Assembly (NCBI GenBank): GCA_047947115.1
Contig: CP170459.1
Location: 3,328,001-3,392,000 of the forward strand
Reading direction: 5' to 3'
Origin: Verrucomicrobiota bacterium
GTDB lineage: Bacteria > Verrucomicrobiota > Verrucomicrobiia > Limisphaerales > AAA164-E04
Length of the DNA: 64,000 bases
The position numbers were made by a program, and so were the translations under genes. The notes under the pieces are model-generated. The model had not been told where the DNA came from, did not search any database, and saw only the letters and a program-made list of their open reading frames with translations. The first letter of the stretch is position 1; every line of letters begins with the position of its first letter. Positions 8,577 to 18,600 of the stretch are shown in pieces.

Positions 8577-9202
8577 CGCAGCGCCAGCAGGAGGTGCTGA
8601 GCTTTATTATCAGACATCAACAAACGAATGGCGCGCCACCCAGCCAAAGGGAGGTGGCGCTCGAATTCGGCTTTCGCAGTACCACGGCGGTGGCGGACCA
8701 TTTGAGAGCCCTGCGACGCAAGGGTTACCTGGATCATCGACCACATCAGGCGCGATCACTCAGAGTGTTGTCCCGGACTGATTCGACAGAGCTCTCCCCG
8801 ACTCGTCCTATGATTGTCGATATTCCCGTTTTTGGATGTATTCCGGCCGGGTTTGCGGATGAGAGACGGCAGGATGCTTCCGAGGGTTGCATTTCGGTAG
8901 ATGTGGAAACACTTGGGGTCAAATCAACCGCACGGACCTTTGCGCTGGAAGTCAGGGGGGATTCCATGATCGGTCGTCACATCATGGAAGGGGATTACGC
9001 TGTTTTGGAACATGGGGTGGATCCGCGACCGGGAGATGTGGTCGCAGCATTGATCGACAATGAGTCGACCCTCAAGACATTCGTGAAACAAGGCGGAAAA
9101 CCCTGTCTCAAGGCAGAAAACCCGAAGTATCCGAACTTGATTCCGGCACAGGAACTGGTCATTCAGGGTGTGATGGTGGCGCTCATAAGGAAGTATCGAT
9201 GA
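8561..9202 (+). CDS. lexA: SOS transcriptional repressor LexA
   Basis: LTQRQQEVL...PPSQREVA...HLRALRRKGYL winged HTH; IPAG cleavage site; GDSM catalytic Ser; TLK catalytic Lys. Start at ATG 8561 (MKSDL). Confidence 0.97.
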   Translation: MKSDLTQRQQEVLSFIIRHQQTNGAPPSQREVALEFGFRSTTAVADHLRALRRKGYLDHRPHQARSLRVLSRTDSTELSPTRPMIVDIPVFGCIPAGFADERRQDASEGCISVDVETLGVKSTARTFALEVRGDSMIGRHIMEGDYAVLEHGVDPRPGDVVAALIDNESTLKTFVKQGGKPCLKAENPKYPNLIPAQELVIQGVMVALIRKYR

Positions 9203-9239
9203 GGTTCGTGTGAATGATGCTATCCTCAATGCTATCTTT

Positions 9240-9268
9240 TTGACAGGTTCCCAGCTAGTTGTTAGGTT
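9240..9268 (+). promoter_or_regulatory. Putative sigma70 promoter
   Basis: TTGACA (9240-9245), 17 nt, TAGGTT (9263-9268), upstream of the methyltransferase gene. Confidence 0.6.
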
Positions 9269-9343
9269 CGGCTACTGTTTGAAACAATAACTTTTGGATT
9301 CTTGATGGAAGCTATTGGCGAAACGGTTCTGTAATTGATCACT

Positions 9344-9937
9344 ATGACGAACAAATCAACATCGGGCTTGGCGTCGGCTGCCTTGTTTTTCAAGGAAATA
9401 TTCGCCAATCAGCGAACCGTTGGCGCCGCCGCGCCCAGCGCTCCGGCTTTGGGTAAGCATATGGCTTCCAAAGTGCCAGCCTTGGCAGATGGGCAATATG
9501 TCGTGGAATTGGGCGCCGGCACGGGGGCCATCACCGCACAGTTGTTGAACAGCGGCATCCAGGGTGATCAGCTTGTTTCCGTCGAACGATCCGAAGTCAT
9601 GTCCGGGCATTTGCGTAAACGATTTCCCGATATCAAGGTGGTACAGGGGGACGCGTCCCGGCTCAAGTGTCTGCTGGAGGATGATCATGGCATCTGCAGC
9701 AAATCCGTTTCCTGCATCGTATCGGGCCTTCCGCTTCGGTCACTACCCAAAACAGTCGTTAAGTCCATCTTGTCCGAAGCGCAGGAGATCCTTCCCTCCG
9801 GTGGACGATTTATTCAATTCACCTACGATATCCGTAAAGGGGCCAATCCTGCCTTGTCGGCATTCAGTCGTCGGGATACTCAGGTGGTCTGGATGAATTT
9901 TCCTCCTGCCCGCGTGGATGTTTACATCAAGCCGTAA
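9344..9937 (+). CDS. Class I SAM-dependent methyltransferase, phospholipid N-methyltransferase (PmtA/OlsG-like)
   Basis: TVGAAAPS N-terminal motif, VVELGAGTGAIT SAM motif, IVSGLPL, FIQFTY, VWMNFPPARV. Confidence 0.85.
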   Translation: MTNKSTSGLASAALFFKEIFANQRTVGAAAPSAPALGKHMASKVPALADGQYVVELGAGTGAITAQLLNSGIQGDQLVSVERSEVMSGHLRKRFPDIKVVQGDASRLKCLLEDDHGICSKSVSCIVSGLPLRSLPKTVVKSILSEAQEILPSGGRFIQFTYDIRKGANPALSAFSRRDTQVVWMNFPPARVDVYIKP

Positions 9938-9995
9938 TGTTCAGGCCTGGACTCATTCGGATCGATCATTTCGAACTTTAGCAATTATCCTAATT

Positions 9996-10301
9996 ATGAT
10001 GGAATCACTCACCGGGGCACAAAAGCGTCAACTGAAATCCATTGCCCAACGACTGGAGGCGACTGTCCGGGTCGGAAAAAATGGTTTGAGCGATGGATTC
10101 TTCAAAGAGTTGAACGATGCGCTGGAACGTTCCGAACTGGTGAAAGTGCGCTTTTCCGATTTCAAGGATGAAAAGAAGGAGCTGGCACCCCAAATTTCCG
10201 AGAAATCGGGAAGCCATTTTGTCACGCGCGTAGGAAACGTTGCTGTGTATTTTCGGCAACAACCCGATCCTGAGAAGAGACGGGTCAAGTTCAGCTCATA
10301 A
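9996..10301 (+). CDS. yhbY: YhbY/CRM-domain RNA-binding protein
   Basis: LTGAQKRQLKSIAQRL...VGKNGLS...ELVKVRF...VGNVAVYFR. Confidence 0.9.
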   Translation: MMESLTGAQKRQLKSIAQRLEATVRVGKNGLSDGFFKELNDALERSELVKVRFSDFKDEKKELAPQISEKSGSHFVTRVGNVAVYFRQQPDPEKRRVKFSS

Positions 10302-10353
10302 ACTCCGCTTCTCGATGTTGCCAATGCCTTGCTTTGGCAGGTAGCATCAGGGA

Positions 10354-11778
10354 ATGAAATCATTCTGGTTCTCGCTGCTGTGGTGCTTTTTAGCCTCCGT
10401 TGCTCTCCGTGCCGAATCTGCCCAAAAGAACAACGTTGTCCTGATACTCGCTGATGATCTCGGGTGGAGCGATCTGGCGTGTTATGGGAGCGATCTTCAT
10501 GAAACACCGCATTTGGATCGCCTGGCGGGAGAACAGATTCGTTTTAATCAGGCCTATGCGGCGAGTCCTGTTTGCACACCGACCCGTGCGTCCATATTGA
10601 CCGGACGTCATCCTGCCCGGCTCAACATGACCATCTGGCGTGAAAACGCCTTGAACCGAGGCAATCGGCGCTTGTTGGAACCCGTGACCTTGGATGCCTT
10701 GCCTCTGGAGGAAACCACCTTGGCAGAGGTCTTGAAACAGGCGGGCTATTATACGGCACATGTTGGAAAGTGGCATCTGGGATCTGCGGAAGCCTATCCG
10801 CAGTCGCATGGATTTGATGTCAACATTGGAGGAACCTTGTGGGGAGCTCCCCAGAGCTTCTTTTATCCATTTAAAGGAGATCAGTATTTTTCAGACTGGC
10901 GTTATGTGCCGGATCTTGAACCGGGTGAGGAAGGGGATTATCTGACGGATCGACTGACTGATAAAGCCATTGAGATCATGGACCGATGTGCAGGAGAGCA
11001 GCCCTTTTATATCAATCTCTGGTATCATTCGGTTCATACCCCCATTGAGGGTAAACCAGCCCTTGTCCAGAAATACAAAGACAAAATCAAGCGAGTGCGT
11101 CCCGTGAACCATCTGAATCCGGACTACGCGGCGATGGTGGAAAGCCTCGATGAAAACGTGGGGCGGGTCTTAACCCGACTGGATGAACTGGGTCTTCGGA
11201 ATCAGACGCTGGTCGTTTTTCTTTCCGACAACGGAGGTTTCATCAACGGTTCTCGTTTGCAGAACGGGATGCCCGTGACTTCCAATGCGCCTCTCCGATC
11301 TGGAAAGGGTTCCTGCTACGAAGGTGGCATCAGGGTGCCGATGATCATTGATCTTCCAGGTGCGAACCAGAAGCCACGCGTGGTCGAGACCCCCGTGACG
11401 ACCTGTGATTTGTTTCCCACCATTTTACGTTCGCTCGAAGTGGCGTGGCCGGAGGATTTGGTGTTGGACGGTGTGGATGTCCGGTCGTTGTGGTCCGATG
11501 TCCATGCCAATTTGGATCGTCATGCGTTGTATTTTCATTATCCTCATTATTATCCCACCACGACTCCTGTTTCATCCATTCGACAGGGTCCCTGGAAGTT
11601 GCTGGAGTATTATGAAGACCAGACGCTCGAACTTTATCATTTGACAGATGATCCGGGTGAGATCCGCAATCTGCTTGACAGTCAACCGTCGGCTGCCGAA
11701 CGCCTGCGCACACAATTGAAATTATGGCGCGAATCGGTGTCGGCATCCATGCCAGAGAAAAATCCTCATCAGCCATAG
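10354..11778 (+). CDS. Secreted sulfatase (S1, formylglycine-dependent)
   Basis: Signal peptide; ILADDLG; CTPTR (CxPxR) with ASILTG; GKWHLG; SDNGG; YEGGIRVP. Confidence 0.95.
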   Translation: MKSFWFSLLWCFLASVALRAESAQKNNVVLILADDLGWSDLACYGSDLHETPHLDRLAGEQIRFNQAYAASPVCTPTRASILTGRHPARLNMTIWRENALNRGNRRLLEPVTLDALPLEETTLAEVLKQAGYYTAHVGKWHLGSAEAYPQSHGFDVNIGGTLWGAPQSFFYPFKGDQYFSDWRYVPDLEPGEEGDYLTDRLTDKAIEIMDRCAGEQPFYINLWYHSVHTPIEGKPALVQKYKDKIKRVRPVNHLNPDYAAMVESLDENVGRVLTRLDELGLRNQTLVVFLSDNGGFINGSRLQNGMPVTSNAPLRSGKGSCYEGGIRVPMIIDLPGANQKPRVVETPVTTCDLFPTILRSLEVAWPEDLVLDGVDVRSLWSDVHANLDRHALYFHYPHYYPTTTPVSSIRQGPWKLLEYYEDQTLELYHLTDDPGEIRNLLDSQPSAAERLRTQLKLWRESVSASMPEKNPHQP

Positions 11779-11838
11779 CCGGGCGAACAGTTTTTCGAGG
11801 TTGATCAGAGGTCTGTCTTGGTGCAGATTCGCTTCCGT

Positions 11839-12894
11839 ATGCAATCTCGTTTCTCAATGCTACTGTTCGTGCTGTTCACAGGCAGTCAATGGCTCCTGTC
11901 CTCAGCGGAGACTCCTGCTCATTCGGCTGTCACACCTGCTCCCCGCGAAGGTGGATGGATGAATCGACATGAGTCGTTCAATCAAAAAGTCCAGGCTAAT
12001 CAGGGCAACATTGATCTGGTGTTCATCGGTGATTCCATCACCCAAGGATGGGAGGGGCGTGGCAAAATGGTTTGGGAAACATATTACGGACACCGCAAAG
12101 CATTGAATCTTGGGATCGGCGGTGATCGCACACAGCATGTTCTATGGCGTTTGGATCACGGCAACATGGATGGGATTCAACCCAAGGTGGCCGTGGTAAT
12201 GATTGGCACCAACAACTCTGGCGACGACCGCAACACCGCCAACGAAATGGTGGATGGCGTGACGGCGGTGGTGGAGAAACTGCGTGCCAAAAGTCCCGAC
12301 ACCAAGATCCTGTTACTGGCCATTTTTCCGAGAGGAGAAACGTTCAACGATCAACGCGGCAAGATTCTTCAGGTTAACCAGGCCATCCGGAAATTGCAGG
12401 ACAACAAGCATGTTTTCTTTTTGGATATTGGCCATCGGTTCATGGACAAAAATGGGGTGATTCCGAAGGCCATCATGCCTGATTTTTTTCATTTCTCCAC
12501 AGCGGGGTATGGTGTGTGGGCTCAGGCGATAGAATCCAAGCTTGCTTCTTTGCTGGGAGACGAAGCGGTCAAAGCAATCGCGGCCGAGTTGAATGGAACG
12601 TGGACGTTTTCGATCAATGGTCCTGACGGGCAGGTGGATTCTGAAATGAAACTACGCCGCAAGGGCGCGCAATTGTTTGGTTCAATTGTCATGGGCAATG
12701 ATCGTGAATTTCAATTGGAGCAAGGAGGTGTATTCGGGAATCGGGTTGAATTCACTATCCGCCGCGACCGTCCTCAAGGCGGGGAGGCAGTGTATCATTT
12801 GGTTGGAGAAATAAAAGGAGGCAAACTTGAGGGAGAAGTCACCGCCACGCTGAATGACGAAAAGACCACCCAACCCTGGTGGGCGGTGAGATAG
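11839..12894 (+). CDS. SGNH/GDSL esterase (PAF-acetylhydrolase IB-like) with an extra C-terminal beta domain
   Basis: FIGDSIT, GIGGD, IGTNN and DFFH blocks; signal peptide; ~100-aa C-terminal extension. Confidence 0.9.
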   Translation: MQSRFSMLLFVLFTGSQWLLSSAETPAHSAVTPAPREGGWMNRHESFNQKVQANQGNIDLVFIGDSITQGWEGRGKMVWETYYGHRKALNLGIGGDRTQHVLWRLDHGNMDGIQPKVAVVMIGTNNSGDDRNTANEMVDGVTAVVEKLRAKSPDTKILLLAIFPRGETFNDQRGKILQVNQAIRKLQDNKHVFFLDIGHRFMDKNGVIPKAIMPDFFHFSTAGYGVWAQAIESKLASLLGDEAVKAIAAELNGTWTFSINGPDGQVDSEMKLRRKGAQLFGSIVMGNDREFQLEQGGVFGNRVEFTIRRDRPQGGEAVYHLVGEIKGGKLEGEVTATLNDEKTTQPWWAVR

Positions 12895-13094
12895 TTGGTG
12901 GAAATACAATATCCTGGTTAGTGCATAGGTGATCGCGCAGGTTAATGCCGGTAGATTCCCAACGAACTGGTATCTGTTGTGCCCGCTGGCATCAGCCATC
13001 TGGATGTGGGGTGTTGGGTGCGGCAGGGATTTCCACTGGGAGATGAAATGCGGGTTTTGGATGTCATGCTGTTTACGCGCCGAGACAACACACT

Positions 13095-13421
13095 CTACCT
13101 TTGGTGGTTGTCGATGTGGAATACTTCGCGGCAATCGGTCGATTGAGGGCTTTTGTCCGGATTTGTTTCCATAAGGAGGCTCATATGTTGCCACCATTTT
13201 CGACAGATGGGGGTTTGCGCGATGCTGTTCCATCTGGCTTCATCTTCGATTTCTGCGTAGGCAAAGAGTTGGCGTCCGTCGGGGTGTAGAAAGATGCTGT
13301 AGGTGGTCACTCCGTGTTCGAAAAGGACTTGTTCGAGTTCCGGCCAGATGGGGTTGTGACGCGTTTCATACTCGGATTCAAATCCGGGTTTGAGAGTCAT
13401 GACAAATGCTTTGCGGATCAC
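13095..13421 (-). CDS. rhaM: L-rhamnose mutarotase
   Basis: MIRKAFVM...EYETRHNPIWPEL...YSIFL...LFAYAE...WWQHM...EVFHID; GTG start. Confidence 0.93.
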   Translation of the reverse strand: MIRKAFVMTLKPGFESEYETRHNPIWPELEQVLFEHGVTTYSIFLHPDGRQLFAYAEIEDEARWNSIAQTPICRKWWQHMSLLMETNPDKSPQSTDCREVFHIDNHQR

Positions 13422-13426
13422 GGTGC

Positions 13427-13921
13427 TTAAAGAGGGAGGTCCACTCGTTGAGGGGTTTTTGTGTCAGTGTTGTAAATGACCAGTGTTGAGTTTCCGGTCA
13501 GGCCCCCGTAAACCTCACCCGGATTGATCAGCTGACAGTCGCCGGTTTGGGTGAGTTCAAATCGGTGGTTATGACCAAAGCAGACGACGTCGTATCGTCC
13601 GGATTCAGCGAGTACGCGCGCGATATTGTCGAAATGATTCATGCCAAACCTTACATCATTGAATGTCAGCTCCGCCAATTCGCCGTGGAGTTGGATCTGG
13701 GGGTAGGCTTTGCTGTTTTGGGTGATTCGGAACAGATCGCCGTCGTTGTTGCCGAAGACCACATGAATCGGTTTTTGATATCCTTCCCCAAGTGCTTTGA
13801 TGACAAAGGGGGAGCATAGGTCGCCACAACAGAGCAGGGCGTCCGTTTCTTGAATGGCAACCAGCGCCTTCTTCAACTGGGGCAACTGGTCGTGGATGTC
13901 TGATAGGATGCCTATTTTCAT
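13427..13921 (-). CDS. YfcE/MJ0936-family metallophosphoesterase
   Basis: SDIH, GD, GNND, GHNH and INPG motifs. Confidence 0.9.
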   Translation of the reverse strand: MKIGILSDIHDQLPQLKKALVAIQETDALLCCGDLCSPFVIKALGEGYQKPIHVVFGNNDGDLFRITQNSKAYPQIQLHGELAELTFNDVRFGMNHFDNIARVLAESGRYDVVCFGHNHRFELTQTGDCQLINPGEVYGGLTGNSTLVIYNTDTKTPQRVDLPL

Positions 13922-13931
13922 GTTTTGATTT

Positions 13932-15320
13932 CTATTCTTTAGTGGTTTTCATCATGCGTTGAACCGCTTGGGTTATCTGAAATTCAACATCCGAGGACCA
14001 TCGTGTAGGTTGCCCGTAATAGACCATCGAACCTCCGCCCTCATAACCACCTTCCGTCCAGACACGCTTGGATGGAATGTATCCCATGATGTCGTGAGAG
14101 TAACCTGCGACCCAGACATGTGGACCGTATTCCTTTTTGAAACGCAGGGCGAAATCCACCACGACTTCCCCGCCCAAAGTGATCCATTCAATTTGATCAC
14201 CCAGCCGCCAAAGTCCGACCGGGTAGTCATAGGTTTGCGGGATGGATTCTCCGGATTCCAGATGTTTCAACCATTTGTTGGCTCTGGAAGCTGCGTAACG
14301 GTTTTCCGAACTTGCTTCCTCCTCAAGCGATTCCTTGCTTGGGAGACTGTCGAACCGTAACGGGATTTCATTGTAATCGGTCTCGAGAGAAGCTTCGACC
14401 TCTGGCAAGGCTCCTTCGATGCCACGGATGACGGCTTCTCCGAGAGCTTTTCCATAAGCTTCCGCCAGTTCGACTTTTCGGCGTGGAAGGGGATTGATAT
14501 CCGCTCCACAGCCGGCCCAGAACATGGCTTGGACACCCTCGTACGCATTTTCAAGGTAGGCTTGTGCGTAACCCGGATAATCACCCGACCATTGATAATC
14601 ACTCAACACCGTTGCATGGCAGGCGTAGCCAAAGATCAGGCCTTGAAGTTCGTTGTCTTGATTGCGAACCTCCAGGATGGGGACGGAATAATCCACCGGA
14701 CCCAGCAGTTTACCGGCTGCACGCCATGCTGGAACGTGTGACTCAGGGTTTTGCCTTCGGTTGGTGGCGAAGGTGGCGTGGGATTGACCAGCTCTCAATC
14801 GGGCGGTTTGTCGGTTTTGAAAGGCTTTCTTGCCCAGTTCAACGAGTTGTGATTTCAGTTGAACCGTGTAGGTTCGAATGAGCTTGGAGTCCGTTTCTTC
14901 GAGAATGTACATGGTGCGGAGATTCTCCCCCACCACAGGACCGGTATGTGTGTGTGAACAATTGATCAGAATATCGCCGAGGGTTAATCCGAGATCTTCC
15001 GCCAACTGCCTGCGCACAGGACCGGTCACATCTGCTGAAACTCCAACCAGGTCCAAGGTGATTAATAGCGCCTGTGAGCCCGACGCATCTTCAAGAGCCA
15101 TGGCTTTCGCCCAAAGGGGGGTGCGGGTTCCTTCGGCTCCCCGGTCTCGGGAGGCGTAACCACTCATCCAGACCGATGCCTGCGGTGTGATTTCCTTTCG
15201 GGCAAAACCGATTTTCCACCCTGCGGAGGTGACAAGTTGCCATGAGATCAATCCTGACAGGTACACAGTGACAAGCATTGCTCGTGGTACAAAAACTCTC
15301 TGAAATGACAAGGATTGCAT
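13932..15320 (-). CDS. Neutral/alkaline ceramidase N-terminal-domain amidohydrolase
   Basis: ITP...MSGYASR, SHTHTGP, YACHAT, SGDYPG, GCGADINP, GYIP...EGGYEG. Confidence 0.85.
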   Translation of the reverse strand: MQSLSFQRVFVPRAMLVTVYLSGLISWQLVTSAGWKIGFARKEITPQASVWMSGYASRDRGAEGTRTPLWAKAMALEDASGSQALLITLDLVGVSADVTGPVRRQLAEDLGLTLGDILINCSHTHTGPVVGENLRTMYILEETDSKLIRTYTVQLKSQLVELGKKAFQNRQTARLRAGQSHATFATNRRQNPESHVPAWRAAGKLLGPVDYSVPILEVRNQDNELQGLIFGYACHATVLSDYQWSGDYPGYAQAYLENAYEGVQAMFWAGCGADINPLPRRKVELAEAYGKALGEAVIRGIEGALPEVEASLETDYNEIPLRFDSLPSKESLEEEASSENRYAASRANKWLKHLESGESIPQTYDYPVGLWRLGDQIEWITLGGEVVVDFALRFKKEYGPHVWVAGYSHDIMGYIPSKRVWTEGGYEGGGSMVYYGQPTRWSSDVEFQITQAVQRMMKTTKE

Positions 15321-15660
15321 GTGTCGAATCCTACCTTGAACGGCACGGATTGAAAAGAAGATCTGATTACGTCACCTGATAAAATGGCCGTTCAGTTGAT
15401 TCCCGGTCAGGAGTTGACATGGGAGCTGTCCGGCTCCGAGTCATCGTCATGCGGGATACGGTGTGAATAAGGAAGAGGTAATCGGTTGTCATGGTTGGGC
15501 GCCCCCAGCATTAGAAATGGGATGGTATCGGCCTGAGTAGGAATCGCTGCATGTGCTGGCGTATCCAAAGAGGTGTCGAGCCACTCCAGACCACAACCAA
15601 GACGCTCCCATGCATTATCTTGAAGGAAACACAGAGGATGTTGTGAAGAGTAATGGCTTG

Positions 15661-18600
15661 TTACCTGGTTTGTTTTAACTGCATGACATCGCTGCGCCGG
15701 TTTTGAAAGAAAACCCTGTAAAAGTAGTTGTTCATGTTTGTGTCCGGGTTGTTGCTTTGGGATTCCTCGAACATCCAGGCTTCCATGCGGCTGTCGGGTT
15801 CATACGTAAATGACACCAGTTGGTCGAGGTATTGAGTGAGTCTGGGGAAATTGTAAGGCTGATTGACCCAATCCTTGAATTGTTGGGAGCCTCCATAGAA
15901 TCCGTTGTAGGGTCTTGTGCCAAAGGATAGGTCGGCATCCCATTGCAGAAACTGGAAACGATGATCGTTTGGACGCCGATAGAAGTAGGCGTTCTTTCCG
16001 CGCGACTGGGTGAATGTGTCCCAATCGGCAATGAAACCCAATACCGCCGTCATTTTCAGTATGGCCTCCGAATCGAGAATGGCTTCCACTTTGTCCTGAG
16101 TGTAGTCGGGCCGGTTGATCAACTGAATGAAATCGATGAACGCCGTGTAATCGTCATCTTCCTCTCGGGAACGTTTCATCCAGGAATGTCGATAATGGGC
16201 GGGATGGTCCGGGCCGAAATTGTGCCAGCTAGCGTCCCTGGGCTGTTGTGACCAGTGGTCCGACATCCACCAATCGTCGTCAACGCGGTAGAGTTCCCCC
16301 TCGTTGCCGTTTTTGAAGTTTCGGTTGAGATAGTCGGAATCCACGGGTTCAACGTCTTCTCTCACATGAATCCCTCCTGCATTGATGATGACATAAACGA
16401 ACTCGTTTTGACCGCTGACATGTCCCAAAAGGTAGAGCCGATACCGTGCAATGCGATTGTGGTGGCGATAGGCGCCTCCGTTGCGGGTGGGATCGTTGTC
16501 GAATGCAAATTTTCCGTGGTCGCGGAATCGTCGGTCATTCGGGAGTTTCCATTTGCCTCGATCCATGCTGTTTCGGCGTGTCCAGGGACTGCCGCTTGGT
16601 CTCAGAACGGCACCTGTATAGATATCCCGTTCGTTGGAGATGAAAGTTGCATTGAAGTATTGGTTGGAAAGTCGAGGGTAACGGAATCCGTATGCCTCGC
16701 TTTGCTCCCGGTAAATGGCGTTCAGATGGTTGTTGGAAATCAACAAGCGCACCACTCGCAGATCTGAAGGGATAGGGCGGCCGTCAAACACGCACAAGGC
16801 CGGGGCGGCAGCAGCGCCTCTTGGCAAGGTGGTGCGCGGTCCTTTGGTAGGGATGGTTTCGATGTAATACTGGATTAATTCACCTTGCTGGTATGTGTTT
16901 TCCAACTGGATTTGATAAGTGGTGAGTGCTGTTGAAGATGGGCTGCCAGGTGCCAACGGTGACATGGGGGCCCGTTTCCACGGTTCCTTGTAATCACCAT
17001 CCAACCGATAAACCAGATTCACCAAGCCGGGTTCGCGGTGCCATCCAATGTCAGCCTCAATGGTCAAAGTTTCTCCGGGTGCGGGGACGGCCGGAGATTG
17101 ACGGAGTGCTTCCACCAGAGCAGGTGGATCGAGGTGCCACCTGGAATTTTGCTTGCCGGGTGTGCCGATGTCTACGGGGACCGAAAGGAGAATGGATTCT
17201 GAAAGGCTGTTCTCCCAGGTTCGGGCGATGAGCCTTGGGGAGCCATGCACCCAGCGGGCTTCAAAGGACAGTTCGTAATCGGTGTTGCGCTTCAGTTCGG
17301 TGATGTCTATCTCTGCGCGGTTGGCCCGGTTGTCCCCGTGACCGTTGGAAATGAGGTGAAGACGTCCGTTCTCCACGTAACTGTCCGCATGATTGCCCTG
17401 GATCAACCAACCGGTGGAACCGTCGCCTTCAATGGACAGCCGATCCGGATGTTCCAACAGGTTTTTGGAACTTCCTTTTTCCCGTAGTTGAATGTTTTGC
17501 AGGATGACATGACTCTCCCCGACCAGATACAAGTGCAATTCCTGATGATCCATGGGATGCCAGTATTGCTCATGTGCGAAATAACGGTTGGAGAAGGAAA
17601 AAGACTGGAACTCGGTGGTGCGGGATTCGCGGCTGTCTTTCCATGCGGAAGAATGGACGTTGTCCATATATGGATTGATCAACTCCATGCTGCTGCCTTT
17701 GCCTTGTGCCAGAGTGGGCCAGTCGCCTTCGGTTTGATAATCGATTTCGTCGGCGAGGTTGCCCTGAGCGTCGAGGAGCGTGATGTGTTCTCCATCATTG
17801 CTCAATTTTCCTTTCATCGGTCCGAGCGCGTTTAGATCCGGATGAGCGGTGTTCAATGCCTCAGGGTGATCTGCGATCACCAGGAACCCCCCAGGCTCTA
17901 TGGAAGTGCCTTCCGGAAATGTGTATTCAATTCCGCCGGCGAGTTTCCATCCATGCAAATCGATTGCCCGATCGCCGCGGTTGAATAGTTCGATGAATTC
18001 AAGATCCGGCTGGCCATAGGGTGGGTCATACATGATTTCGTTGATGACCACGTCCTCGCTGCGTTGGATGATGTTCGGCTGGTTCCGGGTATTGTCGATG
18101 GTCGTAAACCATTGCTTGCCTCCATCCGGGAACCGTTGGATGGAGGCATTATCCGGGACACTCAGTTTCTGTGCGTCCATGACAAGACCGGTGTTGCGAT
18201 GGATCAGAAAGATGCGAAATGTTTGGTCAGACGTTTTTTCCATCGTCAACTTGAAGGTGGCAAAACTGAACGGGGAAAGAGCCCCTTGGATCGGTAATGC
18301 GTTTTGAAATTTCGTTCCCATCGAAAGAGCCAGCTCATCGAGTTGCAAGATTCGGTCCGTATTGTTGAATAATTCAATGTCCAGAGTGTCGGAATGCCTT
18401 CGAGTGATCTCATTGAGGAAGATTTCTCCTCGTGCTGCTATTCCGCTTTCCGGGAAAGGAGCCGCTCCCGGTGTGCCTCCCGGGTGCTTGCTCGCTTTCC
18501 AGTTGCGCCCATCATTGATGCGGCGATCAGGGTGGCGAACCACCATGCTGTAACCGGCTCCGGCTGCCTCAATCGGCCAGGGAGGATCGTTGTCGAATTC

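Noticed and set aside
9276..9286. TGTTTGAAACA as a second SOS box
   Set aside because: Half-site spacing is 1 nt rather than 4. It could bind another regulator, but there is no support for that.
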